Of a stretch of DNA of 64,000 bases, positions 28,110 to 38,645 are shown one piece after another. Both the position numbers and the translations under genes were made by a program. Positions within the stretch are counted from its first letter, which is position 1, and every line of letters starts with the position of its first letter. Where the stretch lies: the IMG/VR virus record IMGVR_UViG_3300042452_000984, positions 18,632 to 82,631 of that record, one strand, 5' to 3'. The notes below the pieces were generated by a model. It had not been told where the DNA came from and searched no databases. It saw only the letters and a list, made by a program, of their open reading frames with translations. Origin of the DNA: a virus.

Positions 28110-28747
28110 ATCGCTGGTATCGGGTGCTAACCTATGACCCGATCGCTCAGACCTGTGTGCTAGCGCCTGCTAGTCAGCATCAGTCAGGCATCATCTATGA
28201 CGTACCCATCCTAGCCTGGGGCGGCAATTGGCAGGACCAAAAGCGCGTCCCATTGCAGCTTACCCAACCGGTTGACCCGGGCGCCTGGGGCAGTAGCGAC
28301 CAGGGGCCACGCTGGGGGGTAGCCTTCCCGGTGCAGCAGGGCGACCTAGCCAAGGTGGAGTACCTAGACGGCGCCGCCGTAGTGACGGGCTTTGCCAAAG
28401 GTATTCTTGGTAGCCAAGGACCGGCGATCGCGGCTGAGGAGCAGGGCGAATCCATCGAGGACCGCTTTGACCTATTGCTACCCTCCGGCGCATGGGCGCG
28501 ATCGCTAGGCGATGGTAGCTGGGTGCTAAGTACTGGCCCGGTGGGTAACCCCGCCGCCCAAATTACCCTAGCCGCTGATGGGACGATCACCCTAAACGGC
28601 AGCGCCTTGGTGATCAATACGCCCACTATCACCGTCAATGGCCAGACCAACTTTACTGAGGCAGGGCAGGCGATCAACGGCAAGGAGATCGCGGTGGTTG
28701 GTGCTGTTGATAGCGCTGGGCACCCGCTGACGGGCTCTAATCAATAA
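28097..28747 (+). CDS. Baseplate spike (gpV-like)
   Basis: PVQQGDLAKVEYLDG OB motif, beta-helix repeats, terminal His. Confidence 0.75.
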   Translation: MQELNRWYRVLTYDPIAQTCVLAPASQHQSGIIYDVPILAWGGNWQDQKRVPLQLTQPVDPGAWGSSDQGPRWGVAFPVQQGDLAKVEYLDGAAVVTGFAKGILGSQGPAIAAEEQGESIEDRFDLLLPSGAWARSLGDGSWVLSTGPVGNPAAQITLAADGTITLNGSALVINTPTITVNGQTNFTEAGQAINGKEIAVVGAVDSAGHPLTGSNQ

Positions 28748-28820
28748 AAAAGCCCAGCGTTTAGCCGGGCCACTGTCCTCTTTTCCAATCATGCTGCCCC
28801 CACTATAGCCGAGGTATTCC

Positions 28821-29219
28821 ATGCTCAAATCATTCCTGATCGGACTACTCAAGACCGTCATCAATACCGATGAATTTCGCGCTGTCATTGCCGATGGCGT
28901 CAAAAGCGCGATCGCATCTAGCCGCACCACTGCTAGCTTTGCCGACAAGGCAAACGAGATCGTTGGCGTGACCTCCGTCCGCTATGACGCGCTAGGGCTC
29001 AAGGGTAAATTGCTGAAGGGCTACCTGCTGCAATTGCTAAAAGAGCTTGCCAACGAAAGCCCTGCGATCGCGACGGGGTTACGCCATGGTGAGCCTTACC
29101 TAAAAGCAGTGCTTGACGGCATCAGCCCGGACGAGATCGCCACCGTCAGCATGTCGTTGTATAGCTTTCTGAAAATCCAGGCGATCAAGGTGGCTAAGGA
29201 GCAAGGGTTAGCTGAGTGA
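28821..29219 (+). CDS. Hypothetical protein
   Basis: 132 aa with GAGG RBS. Confidence 0.65.
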   Translation: MLKSFLIGLLKTVINTDEFRAVIADGVKSAIASSRTTASFADKANEIVGVTSVRYDALGLKGKLLKGYLLQLLKELANESPAIATGLRHGEPYLKAVLDGISPDEIATVSMSLYSFLKIQAIKVAKEQGLAE

Positions 29220-30409
29220 GTAAGAGCGATCGCGCCCGTTATGCCAGGGCAAACCATATTTTCTTTCGGCACGTTGGCCAGGAAACCAAGGACGTTTACT
29301 TTCGCGTAAACCCCCAGGCGATCCGTGTGCAACAGCAAAGTAAGGGTTCAGTAGTTGATACCCTGGGCGGGTACTTCAGAGAAATTCTGTACTCTGAAGA
29401 CCCGCAGCGTAATGGGTTGATGCTACCGGACCTGACGATTGAATGTGACACCGGCGCGGGCTACCGCAAGGAGTTACAAAAGCTGGAATGGATATGGCGC
29501 AACCACGGCACGCCCAAGGAGGATGGCTCCCCGGCGGATACCTACTTTATGGACATGGCGGACGAGGATACGCTTTGGTTTGATGGGGCAACGCCCACTA
29601 ACCCGTGGACCGATGGCGGCATTGGTGCAGGGCTCCCCCAGGGGACTGACCCAACGCCGCCCACCAACCCCGGGCTAACCCAGGCGCAACTACAAAAGGC
29701 GGTGGACCTAAAGCGGCAGTACAAGAGCAGCATCGCCAAGACCCTCAAGGGTAGTCGCTTTGTACCCCGGTGCTATCGCATTGAAATCCTTAGCTTTGCC
29801 TGGGATGAATCGGTGCAAGACCCTTACCGCATTCGGTTTAACTTTCGGTGCAAGATCCTCAAGGATGAATTTTGGCAAGTAGATCAACCCCTGGCTGAAG
29901 GCACCGCAGTACAACCGCTCGAAGAATGGACTGATGGCGGCATCGGGCCGACCAAAGCGCCCATTGGCGACAAGGGCAAAATGGTAGAAGAGGCGCTTAA
30001 GAAAAGTACCGACTTCCCCCTGAACCCCGCCGCCCAGGTAGCATTGATCCGAACCACCCTAGGCTTGCTGCCTGGCAACGTAGGCGCGATCGTGACGCCC
30101 TTAATCAATACGGTGATGGACTCCGTTGGACTAGGGGAAACCCAGATGCTTGCCAATGCCATGGAGCAGGGCTGGAGCGCCTATGACCCCGAGTTAGGGC
30201 AACGGCTCTATTGGCGCTCTGAATTTTCAGGTGTTCAGGCCACCCAAAATATGACTGAGCAACTAAAAAATGTTTACCCGGCCCTCCCCGCCTCCGTGCA
30301 GGCGGTACTGAGTCAGACGGGGATGCAGGTGGGGCCATGGTCGCCGGCGGCGGTGGATGGGCTATCAGCAGCGGTGCAGACGCTTAGCATTTTGGGAGTC
30401 AAAATCTAA
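29216..30409 (+). CDS. Baseplate/tail tube initiator-like protein
   Basis: FRVNPQAI...VDTLGG and ESVQDPYRIRFNF; WTDGGIG twice. Confidence 0.65.
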   Translation: MSKSDRARYARANHIFFRHVGQETKDVYFRVNPQAIRVQQQSKGSVVDTLGGYFREILYSEDPQRNGLMLPDLTIECDTGAGYRKELQKLEWIWRNHGTPKEDGSPADTYFMDMADEDTLWFDGATPTNPWTDGGIGAGLPQGTDPTPPTNPGLTQAQLQKAVDLKRQYKSSIAKTLKGSRFVPRCYRIEILSFAWDESVQDPYRIRFNFRCKILKDEFWQVDQPLAEGTAVQPLEEWTDGGIGPTKAPIGDKGKMVEEALKKSTDFPLNPAAQVALIRTTLGLLPGNVGAIVTPLINTVMDSVGLGETQMLANAMEQGWSAYDPELGQRLYWRSEFSGVQATQNMTEQLKNVYPALPASVQAVLSQTGMQVGPWSPAAVDGLSAAVQTLSILGVKI

Positions 30410-30738
30410 TGCCCCTCCTTCTCCCTAGCGAATATTCCCCGGAAGCCTTGATGGCCGATATACCTTTGCAACGGGCCGCCGTAAACCAGCTAACCATGCA
30501 GGTAGTCGCCCTTGATGAAGGCATCAACCTACCCATCTCGCCCACCGTTGGCCCAACCCGCCAGGGTGTACGCCAGTACGAGGTAGGCACCTTTGAAACG
30601 CTCCCCACGATCGCGGCTAAGGTGTACGGTTCCCCCGACCGATGGACTGCGATCGCGGCGGCGAATGGGCTTAGCTATCCGTACATTGTCACCCCTGGCC
30701 AGTTGCTAACCCTACCGGAGCTACCCGTCGATGGCTGA
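30409..30738 (+). CDS. LysM-domain baseplate protein (tail X-like)
   Basis: ETLPTIAAKVYGSPDRWTAIAAANGL...PGQLLTLP. Confidence 0.88.
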   Translation: MPLLLPSEYSPEALMADIPLQRAAVNQLTMQVVALDEGINLPISPTVGPTRQGVRQYEVGTFETLPTIAAKVYGSPDRWTAIAAANGLSYPYIVTPGQLLTLPELPVDG

Positions 30739-31165
30739 TGTGATTGAGTCGATCTTTGGCAGCGACATTGCCTTTGATGCTTCGCCCGGGCTAACCGATG
30801 CGATCGCCAGTAGCACGGAGACGGACCTAGCCTACCGGGTGGGGGTACTGAGCCTGCGGGAGGAGATCGAGCGGCTATTTATGACCCCCAAAGGTAGCTT
30901 TGTCGATGATCCGACCTACGGCATCGACTGGGGGTTAATTGGCACCAACTTTGACCCACGGGTAAGCCTGGGGATGGCCCGACTAGCGGCCCTCAATGCA
31001 CTCCAACACCCTAGCTTTAGAACCCGCTTTAGGGTGCGGCAACTGGAGACCGACTATAGCTTCCAGACGCCTAATGCTATCTACGTCTACGGACTACTAG
31101 AGGTATTTGGCTTTAGCGGTGCCGCATTTCAGTTCGGACCGATCGCCCTTCAACTCATGGGATAG
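30731..31165 (+). CDS. Baseplate wedge subunit (gp25/W-like)
   Basis: RLFMTPKGSF..DPTYG. Confidence 0.8.
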   Translation: MADVIESIFGSDIAFDASPGLTDAIASSTETDLAYRVGVLSLREEIERLFMTPKGSFVDDPTYGIDWGLIGTNFDPRVSLGMARLAALNALQHPSFRTRFRVRQLETDYSFQTPNAIYVYGLLEVFGFSGAAFQFGPIALQLMG

Positions 31166-31167
31166 CT

Positions 31168-32523
31168 ATGGCTGACAATGTACGGTTTCTCACCTGGCAG
31201 GAAGTATTGGACCAGATGCTATCCTTCCTGCCACCCCAATGGCGTGCCAACTTTACCGGCAAGCTATTTAAGCGCCTCCTGGTGGCCTTCAGCCTATCGA
31301 TGGAGGGATTATATGGGTTTCTCTCCCACGTGCTGCGGATGAGCATCCTAGCCACCAGTGAAGGGCAGTGGCTCAGGCAATTGGTAGCAGGCTTTGGCAT
31401 GAGCGCCAATGCGGGCATTGCAGCGGTGGCGGCGGTGCGCTTTGAACGCTACGGGGCGACAACAACCGCGGTTACCATCCCTGTGGGGACGGCGGTACAA
31501 ACCAGTGGTGGGCTTGTCTTTACCACCAATTCATCGGCAACGCTGGCGATCGCTCAAAGCTCGACCTTGGTAATTTGCACCTGTAGCCAGCCAGGGACGG
31601 TGGGCAATGTGGTTGGGGGCAGCATCAACGCGCTGCGATCGCCGATTGTGGGTATTGACAACGTGATAAACCTGGACCCGGCGGTGGGTGGTGCCGACCC
31701 GGAGGCGGACGCGTCGATTAAGGCCAGGGTGCCCCAGCATTTAGCAATGTTGCACCGGGCCACCATACCAGCCACCGAGGCGGCAATCCTGGGCCAGCCC
31801 GCGTTATTCCCGTCGGTGGTGAGCTTTATCACTGAACGGCGATCGGACCTACCCGGCTACGTGCGAGGGGTGCTAGCCGATGCCAGCGGCGGCGACCTAT
31901 TTCGCCCAGGCACCTGGCAAACGACGGACCTACCCGGCACCTATTACGTGGTGACCAGTCAAACGCCCCAGGGGTTAATCGAGGCGGGTTGGCCCTGCAA
32001 GCGCTTTGGTGTGGTTAGCCAAACCACCGACGGCAGGGAGCAATGGAACCCGTCTGACTCAGCGGTGACCGTCTCCCAGGGTAATTACCGATGGTTCTAT
32101 GACACCAGTAACAGCCGCCTCTATGCCCGGGGAAATGGCGGCAACTTGAATAGCCTGGAGATGGTGATCTACGCGGGGGTGGTATGGCAGGCGGTGCAGG
32201 AGCTAGAAACCAAATGGGTAGCGGCAGGGGTTGGGGTTGATGTGATCGTCCCCACCACCAGCCGGGTTGCCTTTATCCTGTCCTATGCCCTAGAACCTGG
32301 CTACACCGCCAGCACCGTAGAGGCTGCCCTGGCCGCTGCGGTCAATAGCTACGTTGGCACCCTGCGGATGGGCCAAACCTTAGAGGTAGAGGCACTCTAT
32401 GGTGTCCTAGGCGGCGTCCCCGGTGCCGGTGGCATATTGCTGATCTCGCCTGCCACCAACGTGACGGTGGAGCGCGGCTACATTATCCGGGTGGCATCGG
32501 TGCAAGTTATCAGACGAGGTTAA
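31168..32523 (+). CDS. Baseplate J-like protein
   Basis: IPVGTAV, PGTVGNV, GGADPEADASIKAR. Confidence 0.9.
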   Translation: MADNVRFLTWQEVLDQMLSFLPPQWRANFTGKLFKRLLVAFSLSMEGLYGFLSHVLRMSILATSEGQWLRQLVAGFGMSANAGIAAVAAVRFERYGATTTAVTIPVGTAVQTSGGLVFTTNSSATLAIAQSSTLVICTCSQPGTVGNVVGGSINALRSPIVGIDNVINLDPAVGGADPEADASIKARVPQHLAMLHRATIPATEAAILGQPALFPSVVSFITERRSDLPGYVRGVLADASGGDLFRPGTWQTTDLPGTYYVVTSQTPQGLIEAGWPCKRFGVVSQTTDGREQWNPSDSAVTVSQGNYRWFYDTSNSRLYARGNGGNLNSLEMVIYAGVVWQAVQELETKWVAAGVGVDVIVPTTSRVAFILSYALEPGYTASTVEAALAAAVNSYVGTLRMGQTLEVEALYGVLGGVPGAGGILLISPATNVTVERGYIIRVASVQVIRRG

Positions 32524-32586
32524 CCACCGCGAACCCCGTTAAAATAGGCAGTAAATTGCGCTCTTTATCTCCTTCGGGTTCTGCCA

Positions 32587-34089
32587 TTGGCGGAACCCAT
32601 TTTTATGGCAACCCCTGTTAACCCTGCCTACCAATTAGACGCCTTCCAGGAATTTGAGCGGCACCTACCGCCCACCTGGTTTCGGCAATTGCACCAGCGA
32701 CAGGGACCGCTTTACCCAGTGGTATGGGCATTGTGTGGCGCGATCGCGGGCGCCCGGGAATCTATCGACTCAGCGCGATCGATGGCGATACCGCAAACCT
32801 CAGAAGGCTTTTGGCTATCGCTACACCTGCTAGGGCTAGGGCTAACCCGCCGTAGTGCTGAGAGCGACGCTCAAGCCCGCACCCGATACCGCCTTGAATT
32901 TAGCCAGTCTCGCAATACCCGCCAAGGACTCCAGCTATCGCTGACCACCTTCAGTGGACTATCCGCCAATGAGCTACGGCTAGAGACAGCCTTTTCAGAA
33001 AGGCGCTACGGTGAATTATCCTTAGTCGTTGATACCACCGACCCGTGGTTTGATATTGATTGGTGGTGGCTAGAGGATCTATTTACTAAGCGCGTTGCCA
33101 ATGGCATCAACTACAAAGCATCTATAACCGCCCAGGGGCTAGAGACGGTCGCCCTGCCGCCCTGGGACTATTACACCCGTTTCCCTACCTCCACGGACCT
33201 ATTAGCGCCCTTTTGGCAGCGACCCGCCTTCATTAATGAGCTGCGCATCATTGACAGTGACTTGTTGCTCGAAGAGGTAGTTAGCCTTTCGCTAGGTAGC
33301 TATAGCCTACCGGCTAGCGCTGATGCCCTGGACCTACCCGCCAGTGCCGATAGCTACGACCTGCCGGTGACCATCACCGCGATCGCGCTCACCCCGACCG
33401 CTATCAGCAATAGTCCCTTCTCTCGTAATGTGCTGGGCTTCATTTGCCGCACCAATTGGAATAACCATAGCCTGCGGTTAGCGGAGCTATGGCGCAACCT
33501 AGCCTATACCCAACAGCCGGGGCAACCCTTTTTCTATGTCGGTGAGGATAACGATTGTTCTCACCTAGTGGTTGATACCATCACCCTACCGACGCCTCCC
33601 TTTGTGGGCGATACCGCTGATGACCTATTTGGTTACGGGCCATGGCGATTGGCGCTAGGCAATAGCACCGCGGTAGCAACCACTATCACAAGCCCGATCG
33701 CGACTTTACCCCTAGCTGGACAATGGTGGACCGATGGCGACGTGGAGGAGCGATCGCCGACACCAATCATCGAGGCGGGTGTCCGTTACTTGATGCTGGA
33801 ATTTTTGTTGCCTAAGACCAGCACCGGGACAACCATTCGACAGTTAGAACTACTCCTAGGCTATGACCAAACTAACTATGACGTCGTACTGGACTGGAGT
33901 TTGCCAAGTAGTGCAGATGAATGGCTAGTGTCCCTCGAAAACCAATGGTTTCTGACAGCCGGCGAGGACAATGATGCCTTGACGCCTAACCTGCCTAGCC
34001 GTAGCAGCATCCATTACCGCACTGTCAACTTGACGGTGCCACCTGATGTGAATACAGCCTTTTTATTGTTGCTGGAGTATAGCCCGTGA
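32587..34089 (+). CDS. Baseplate wedge (gpI-like) protein
   Basis: TSEGFWL...GLTRRSAESDAQAR; LPASAD repeats. Confidence 0.7.
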   Translation: MAEPIFMATPVNPAYQLDAFQEFERHLPPTWFRQLHQRQGPLYPVVWALCGAIAGARESIDSARSMAIPQTSEGFWLSLHLLGLGLTRRSAESDAQARTRYRLEFSQSRNTRQGLQLSLTTFSGLSANELRLETAFSERRYGELSLVVDTTDPWFDIDWWWLEDLFTKRVANGINYKASITAQGLETVALPPWDYYTRFPTSTDLLAPFWQRPAFINELRIIDSDLLLEEVVSLSLGSYSLPASADALDLPASADSYDLPVTITAIALTPTAISNSPFSRNVLGFICRTNWNNHSLRLAELWRNLAYTQQPGQPFFYVGEDNDCSHLVVDTITLPTPPFVGDTADDLFGYGPWRLALGNSTAVATTITSPIATLPLAGQWWTDGDVEERSPTPIIEAGVRYLMLEFLLPKTSTGTTIRQLELLLGYDQTNYDVVLDWSLPSSADEWLVSLENQWFLTAGEDNDALTPNLPSRSSIHYRTVNLTVPPDVNTAFLLLLEYSP

Positions 34090-36287
34090 GCCTGAATGTT
34101 TACCGTCATGCCCGGGACTTAGCGATCCTTTGGCTGGGGCAGCAGTCTGATACCGATAGCCGGGTGCCGACCGCCGAGGAATTGGCGGCGACCGAGGATA
34201 TTATCCGCAGCCATGTCAGTGCTACCCGGCGATCGCGTCCCAATGGGTTACTGAACCGTCCTACCTTCACTGGCGGCAGCCAGACGGTGACCCTATCCTC
34301 CCTATCGCCTTGGCTCCATAGCCACCCTGGGTTAGCTACTATCCCATCGACGGCGGTGGAGCTACCACCTTTAACCAGTGGCGCTGTTGTCAACCGCTAC
34401 GACTACCTTTACCTGGTGGCCATGGCGGTACAGGTGGGCGCCGCCCAGGATGCTAACGTAGCGCTTACGTTTCAATGGCGCAGCGGCAACCTATTGCAGT
34501 CAGTCACCCGTGAAAATACGGCACGACTGCGTTCTGTCTATGGCATTTGGGTATCCCAGGGGGAGATGAGTGCCGCTGCGATCGCAACGGCGATCGGCAA
34601 CAGCATTGCTGTCTCCACCTCAGCACCGCTTATCTATGGCAACAGTCGCCTTTACCTGAGTGATACCGCCCTGGCTGATGGCGTCACCTACGCTATCAAT
34701 GGCACGCCGGAGGTAATTAGCCTATTGCGAGCATGGCGGGTACAGGGCAATACCATTGACGGATGGCAATGGGGGCCAACGGAGCAACCGCTCGAGGCCG
34801 CCATTCACTTGCAGCCAACCTATCGCTATGTGGGCGACGGGTGGGACAATTGGCGCGATCGCTTGCAAGAAAGCGTCTATCGACTAATGCGCGGTGAACC
34901 CTTGCAGAACGCACCAACCCAGGCAAGAGGTGTTTATAACTTGCTCAACGGGCAAGTGGGCAGCAATACGGCAGCGCCAGGGGTGGCAACCACCTCCCCC
35001 AATGGCTCGACGATGCTGGCCAATGAGCAGCGCATTACCTTCACCAATGAGGCGATCATTCAGACCACCTACGCGATCGCGCTAACCACGACCAGTGATG
35101 GCAGCAGCCCAGCTAAGGCACAGGCGACCATTAACTTTGCTGGCAATTCACCCACCGGGGCCACCTTTGCCAGTAGCGGCCATGCCATCTTTGATGGCAC
35201 CGGCGCTAATATCAGCGCCAATGGCAGCTTTACCGGCGGTGGTGGCACCGCCGCCCTAACCTGGACGGCAACGACAGCCGGCACACCTGCAGTTGGCACA
35301 ACGCTTTACTTGGTTCCCGCCATCTCCTACCCAGCAGGTTCAGGGTTACCCATCTGTGGAGCAATTGAAAAAGTCTACCTAAATGGCACCGCCCTGAGCC
35401 CTGCCAACGTGCGGGAGGCAGACATTACCGGCTATACCAACCCGGCAGCGGCGGAAAGCTACATTGTGGTGATGAACCGCAACAATGCAGCCGTTCAGTG
35501 GATTTACCGCAAATTTACAGTTACCTCCAGCGGCTCCGGCATCGTCACCCTACCCAGTGGCGCCCGGGGTGAAATCGCCTGGATTAGTGGCACCAATGCC
35601 CCCACGACGCGCCAGGATGCGCCGGTCATCACCGGGCTAGCCAATAGCAGCGAGTATTCTATCCTGTGCTACCACGCACCGCCCGCTAGTGAGCAATGGC
35701 AATTTCAGCTATTGTCTCCCGCCTATGCTGGCACCTTAGATCGGGCTTGGCTGAATGGCGCACGGGTGACGACGGCCCCCATGGCGATCGCTCACTCGCT
35801 TGGCGGTGGCACCACCTTTAACCCCCCTAGCCGCCCATTGCCGGACGGAGAGGTGCTGGGCCATTGTGTCGCGTGGCGGTTGCCGCGCAATAGTGAAGCG
35901 TTAGCGGTGGCTGACCATACCCTTAATGCTGAAATTAACCTGGGTGGGTTATTTAGCCGCAATGCGCCCTTTGTTGTTTTCCCCGTCTCTACGCCAGAGG
36001 CAGGTTTAGCTGGGCTACGGCCCGGGCAGGTGGTAAGCGTCACCAACTTAGTTGCCACCTACCCGCGATCTATGGCGGCAACGCTAACTGCCAGAGGCAC
36101 TGCGATCGGGGTATTTAAGCCAACCCTTAGCAATAGCAAGGCGTACCAATTGGTGATCTTTTGCGGGTTAGAAAAGGACGGCGACCATCGGTTTTTGGTG
36201 CTTACCTTCAACGGTAGCGGCAACAGCCTAGCGGCAAGCACCGATAGCACTGGCTATGCCGGGATTGATGTTTTTAGGTATTACTAA
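34086..36287 (+). CDS. Tail fibre/baseplate attachment protein
   Basis: 733 aa Thr/Ser/Gly-rich; follows baseplate. Confidence 0.65.
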   Translation: MSLNVYRHARDLAILWLGQQSDTDSRVPTAEELAATEDIIRSHVSATRRSRPNGLLNRPTFTGGSQTVTLSSLSPWLHSHPGLATIPSTAVELPPLTSGAVVNRYDYLYLVAMAVQVGAAQDANVALTFQWRSGNLLQSVTRENTARLRSVYGIWVSQGEMSAAAIATAIGNSIAVSTSAPLIYGNSRLYLSDTALADGVTYAINGTPEVISLLRAWRVQGNTIDGWQWGPTEQPLEAAIHLQPTYRYVGDGWDNWRDRLQESVYRLMRGEPLQNAPTQARGVYNLLNGQVGSNTAAPGVATTSPNGSTMLANEQRITFTNEAIIQTTYAIALTTTSDGSSPAKAQATINFAGNSPTGATFASSGHAIFDGTGANISANGSFTGGGGTAALTWTATTAGTPAVGTTLYLVPAISYPAGSGLPICGAIEKVYLNGTALSPANVREADITGYTNPAAAESYIVVMNRNNAAVQWIYRKFTVTSSGSGIVTLPSGARGEIAWISGTNAPTTRQDAPVITGLANSSEYSILCYHAPPASEQWQFQLLSPAYAGTLDRAWLNGARVTTAPMAIAHSLGGGTTFNPPSRPLPDGEVLGHCVAWRLPRNSEALAVADHTLNAEINLGGLFSRNAPFVVFPVSTPEAGLAGLRPGQVVSVTNLVATYPRSMAATLTARGTAIGVFKPTLSNSKAYQLVIFCGLEKDGDHRFLVLTFNGSGNSLAASTDSTGYAGIDVFRYY

Positions 36288-36667
36288 TGGCCACATACAC
36301 TGTCGAAAATGGTTACAAAAAGCTGGTCCTGGACGATGCGTCCAAGGTGGATGTTGTCGCTCCCTTGTCGCTCGACGAAGGACAATTTGTCCGACTTATC
36401 CCAGCTCAGCTAACGGTCCTCAACAATATCAAGACCGGCGTTGATACCCTCAACGCGGCAACCGGTGCCAACGATGCCCAGCTTGTCCTTAATGCTGAAG
36501 ACCTGGCGATCGCCTACACCTACAACGACCCTGGCACCGCCAACCAACGCATTGCCACCGTCGTCTATACCAGCACCAGTGCGGGGCATACGGTGACCGA
36601 TACCTACGCCTATGCCGGTAGTGCCCCCAACTATTACCTGACCTCTATCACCCGAGTAACCACCTAA
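36287..36667 (+). CDS. Small tail-associated protein
   Basis: Coupled, beta-rich. Confidence 0.55.
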   Translation: MATYTVENGYKKLVLDDASKVDVVAPLSLDEGQFVRLIPAQLTVLNNIKTGVDTLNAATGANDAQLVLNAEDLAIAYTYNDPGTANQRIATVVYTSTSAGHTVTDTYAYAGSAPNYYLTSITRVTT

Positions 36668-36669
36668 CC

Positions 36670-37959
36670 ATGGCTTTTAACTTTGGGGATATTCCCCTAA
36701 TCCTGCAAGAACTACGGCGTTATTTCGCTAGCAAAGCCCAGGGGACACTGGCCGATAGTGCTCTCCAACCCGGCGCGATCGGCTCTACCGTTCAAGGCTA
36801 TGATGCGGACCTCGCCGCCGTTGCCGCTATCACCACCACCGGAGGCATTAAACGCACCGGCGCTAATACTTGGACCACGTTCCCCCTCACCAATGCCGGG
36901 GAGGCGGTGACAGGGGCCGCTGATGCCGCCGCCCAACGGACCGCCCTGGGGTTAACTATTGGCTCTAATGTTCAAGCCTGGGATGCGGACCTGGATGCGA
37001 TCGCTGCCATCTCAGCCACCGGACCCATAGAACGGACTGGGGCAGGTACTTGGGCGGTCAGCGATCGGGTGAGGTTGTTTGGGGGTAATGGGCAGGGCGC
37101 CAATACAGACTTTAGTACTACTGGTAATACAACCCTTGGTGACGGGTTGTATTATTTTCGCGATTTCACCGTCAATACGGGCCACACCGTTACCATTAGC
37201 CGATTTGCTCGCATCTATTGCAGTGGCACCTTTACGGTACAAAGTGGAGCGACTATTACAGTTACTCAAGCAGCAAGGGCTCAAGGTGCTGGCCACGGCA
37301 TGAGTGGCGCAGATCAACGCATTTTAGAAATTGGCAACCTGGGAGGCGTTGGAGCTATTTACAACCCGTTTGTGTTTCCCTTTGGTTCACCGGGTGCTGG
37401 TGGTTCGTGTCGGACAGAGCCCGGCGGCGTTATTCAAAACGTTCCTCAAGGCGGCGATGGAGGTGGCGCTATTTGGGTAGAAGCCAACGGCGCTATTTCA
37501 ATAAGTGGCACTATTACAGCGATCGGCGACAATGGCAGTGCGGCAAATAGCCCTAGCGGCAATTACATTTCAACTGGTGGCGGTGGAGGCAGCGGCGGGG
37601 CTATTATGCTGACCAGTCTTGCCAGTATTACTATCGCCTCCACCGCCACCCTATCAGTCAGGGGCGGCAATGGTGCAAATGGTACGGCGGGAGGTATAGC
37701 TAACGCCCGTGGCTATGGCGGCAGTGGTGGCGGCGGTGGATGGGTATGGCTAACCGCACCTACTGTAACAACGACAGGTGCCACCATTACCCTATCCGGC
37801 GGCACCGTCGGCTCCCAAGGTAGCACCGGCGGAACTGCTACGACCACGGAAGGAATCGCCTGGGGTGGATCATTCGCAGGAGCAGGTGGGACGGGTGCCA
37901 TTGGAGCATCCGGCGGATCAGGCACCCTGGTTACTCGCACCTATAAGGCGGTGGCATAA
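36670..37959 (+). CDS. Tail fibre with glycine-rich receptor-binding domain
   Basis: Two IGSxVQx[YW]DADL repeats; GGGGG-rich C-terminus. Confidence 0.8.
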   Translation: MAFNFGDIPLILQELRRYFASKAQGTLADSALQPGAIGSTVQGYDADLAAVAAITTTGGIKRTGANTWTTFPLTNAGEAVTGAADAAAQRTALGLTIGSNVQAWDADLDAIAAISATGPIERTGAGTWAVSDRVRLFGGNGQGANTDFSTTGNTTLGDGLYYFRDFTVNTGHTVTISRFARIYCSGTFTVQSGATITVTQAARAQGAGHGMSGADQRILEIGNLGGVGAIYNPFVFPFGSPGAGGSCRTEPGGVIQNVPQGGDGGGAIWVEANGAISISGTITAIGDNGSAANSPSGNYISTGGGGGSGGAIMLTSLASITIASTATLSVRGGNGANGTAGGIANARGYGGSGGGGGWVWLTAPTVTTTGATITLSGGTVGSQGSTGGTATTTEGIAWGGSFAGAGGTGAIGASGGSGTLVTRTYKAVA

Positions 37960-38465
37960 TGTTTTTCTTCATTGACCAAGACAATCAAATTGTTGGCTAT
38001 TGCAACGACGAAAGCGTCGGCACTCCCTCCGGCTTTACCTTAGTCGAAGGGCCAGACGCTAGCCGCGACGACCTCTATTACGACGGCACCGCCATTCAGC
38101 TAAAGCCCGATCGCCCCAGCGATACCGCCTATTGGGACAACACCACCAACACCTGGCAGGAGCCACCCCCGCCTCCACCCGCGCCAGTGCTGCCCAACTG
38201 GGGCAACCTCGCCGATCGCTTGGTGGCTGACATCGACATCCTCGCCATCTTGGCCACTAACCCGTTATTCCCTGCCTTGGTGGGCCGCCTGCAAACCCTG
38301 CGCAATGGTGGCGCCATGGGTGACCCGGAACCTTTGATAGCGCTCTGGAACCACCAGTCCTATAGCTTCACTGAGGCACAGCTAGATACCCTCAACCTGA
38401 TGGCCGAAGAGGAGCATATCCCGCTAGCGATCACGCCGGAGGGGACGTTAGCGGCTACGTCTTGA
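37959..38465 (+). CDS. Tail fibre assembly chaperone
   Basis: Follows fibre; RPS..YWD....W motif. Confidence 0.7.
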   Translation: MFFFIDQDNQIVGYCNDESVGTPSGFTLVEGPDASRDDLYYDGTAIQLKPDRPSDTAYWDNTTNTWQEPPPPPPAPVLPNWGNLADRLVADIDILAILATNPLFPALVGRLQTLRNGGAMGDPEPLIALWNHQSYSFTEAQLDTLNLMAEEEHIPLAITPEGTLAATS

Positions 38466-38559
38466 AGTAGCGCCAAGTGCCGATCGCACCCCCCGCGATC
38501 GCGGCTAGGCCAGCGGCAAGCATAATTACATCCCCAGCGCGAATTTGCGCCAGTATCAC

Positions 38560-38600
38560 TAAAAAGACCCCATAGCCTAGGCTGTGGGGTCTTTGCTTTG
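38560..38600. terminator. Bidirectional terminator ending the structural operon
   Basis: AAAGACCCCATAGCCTAGGCTGTGGGGTCTTT. Confidence 0.8.
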
Positions 38601-38645
38601 ACCATTCAAAAGCCGCCTGGATGGCGGCCAACACCCGCATTAAAG

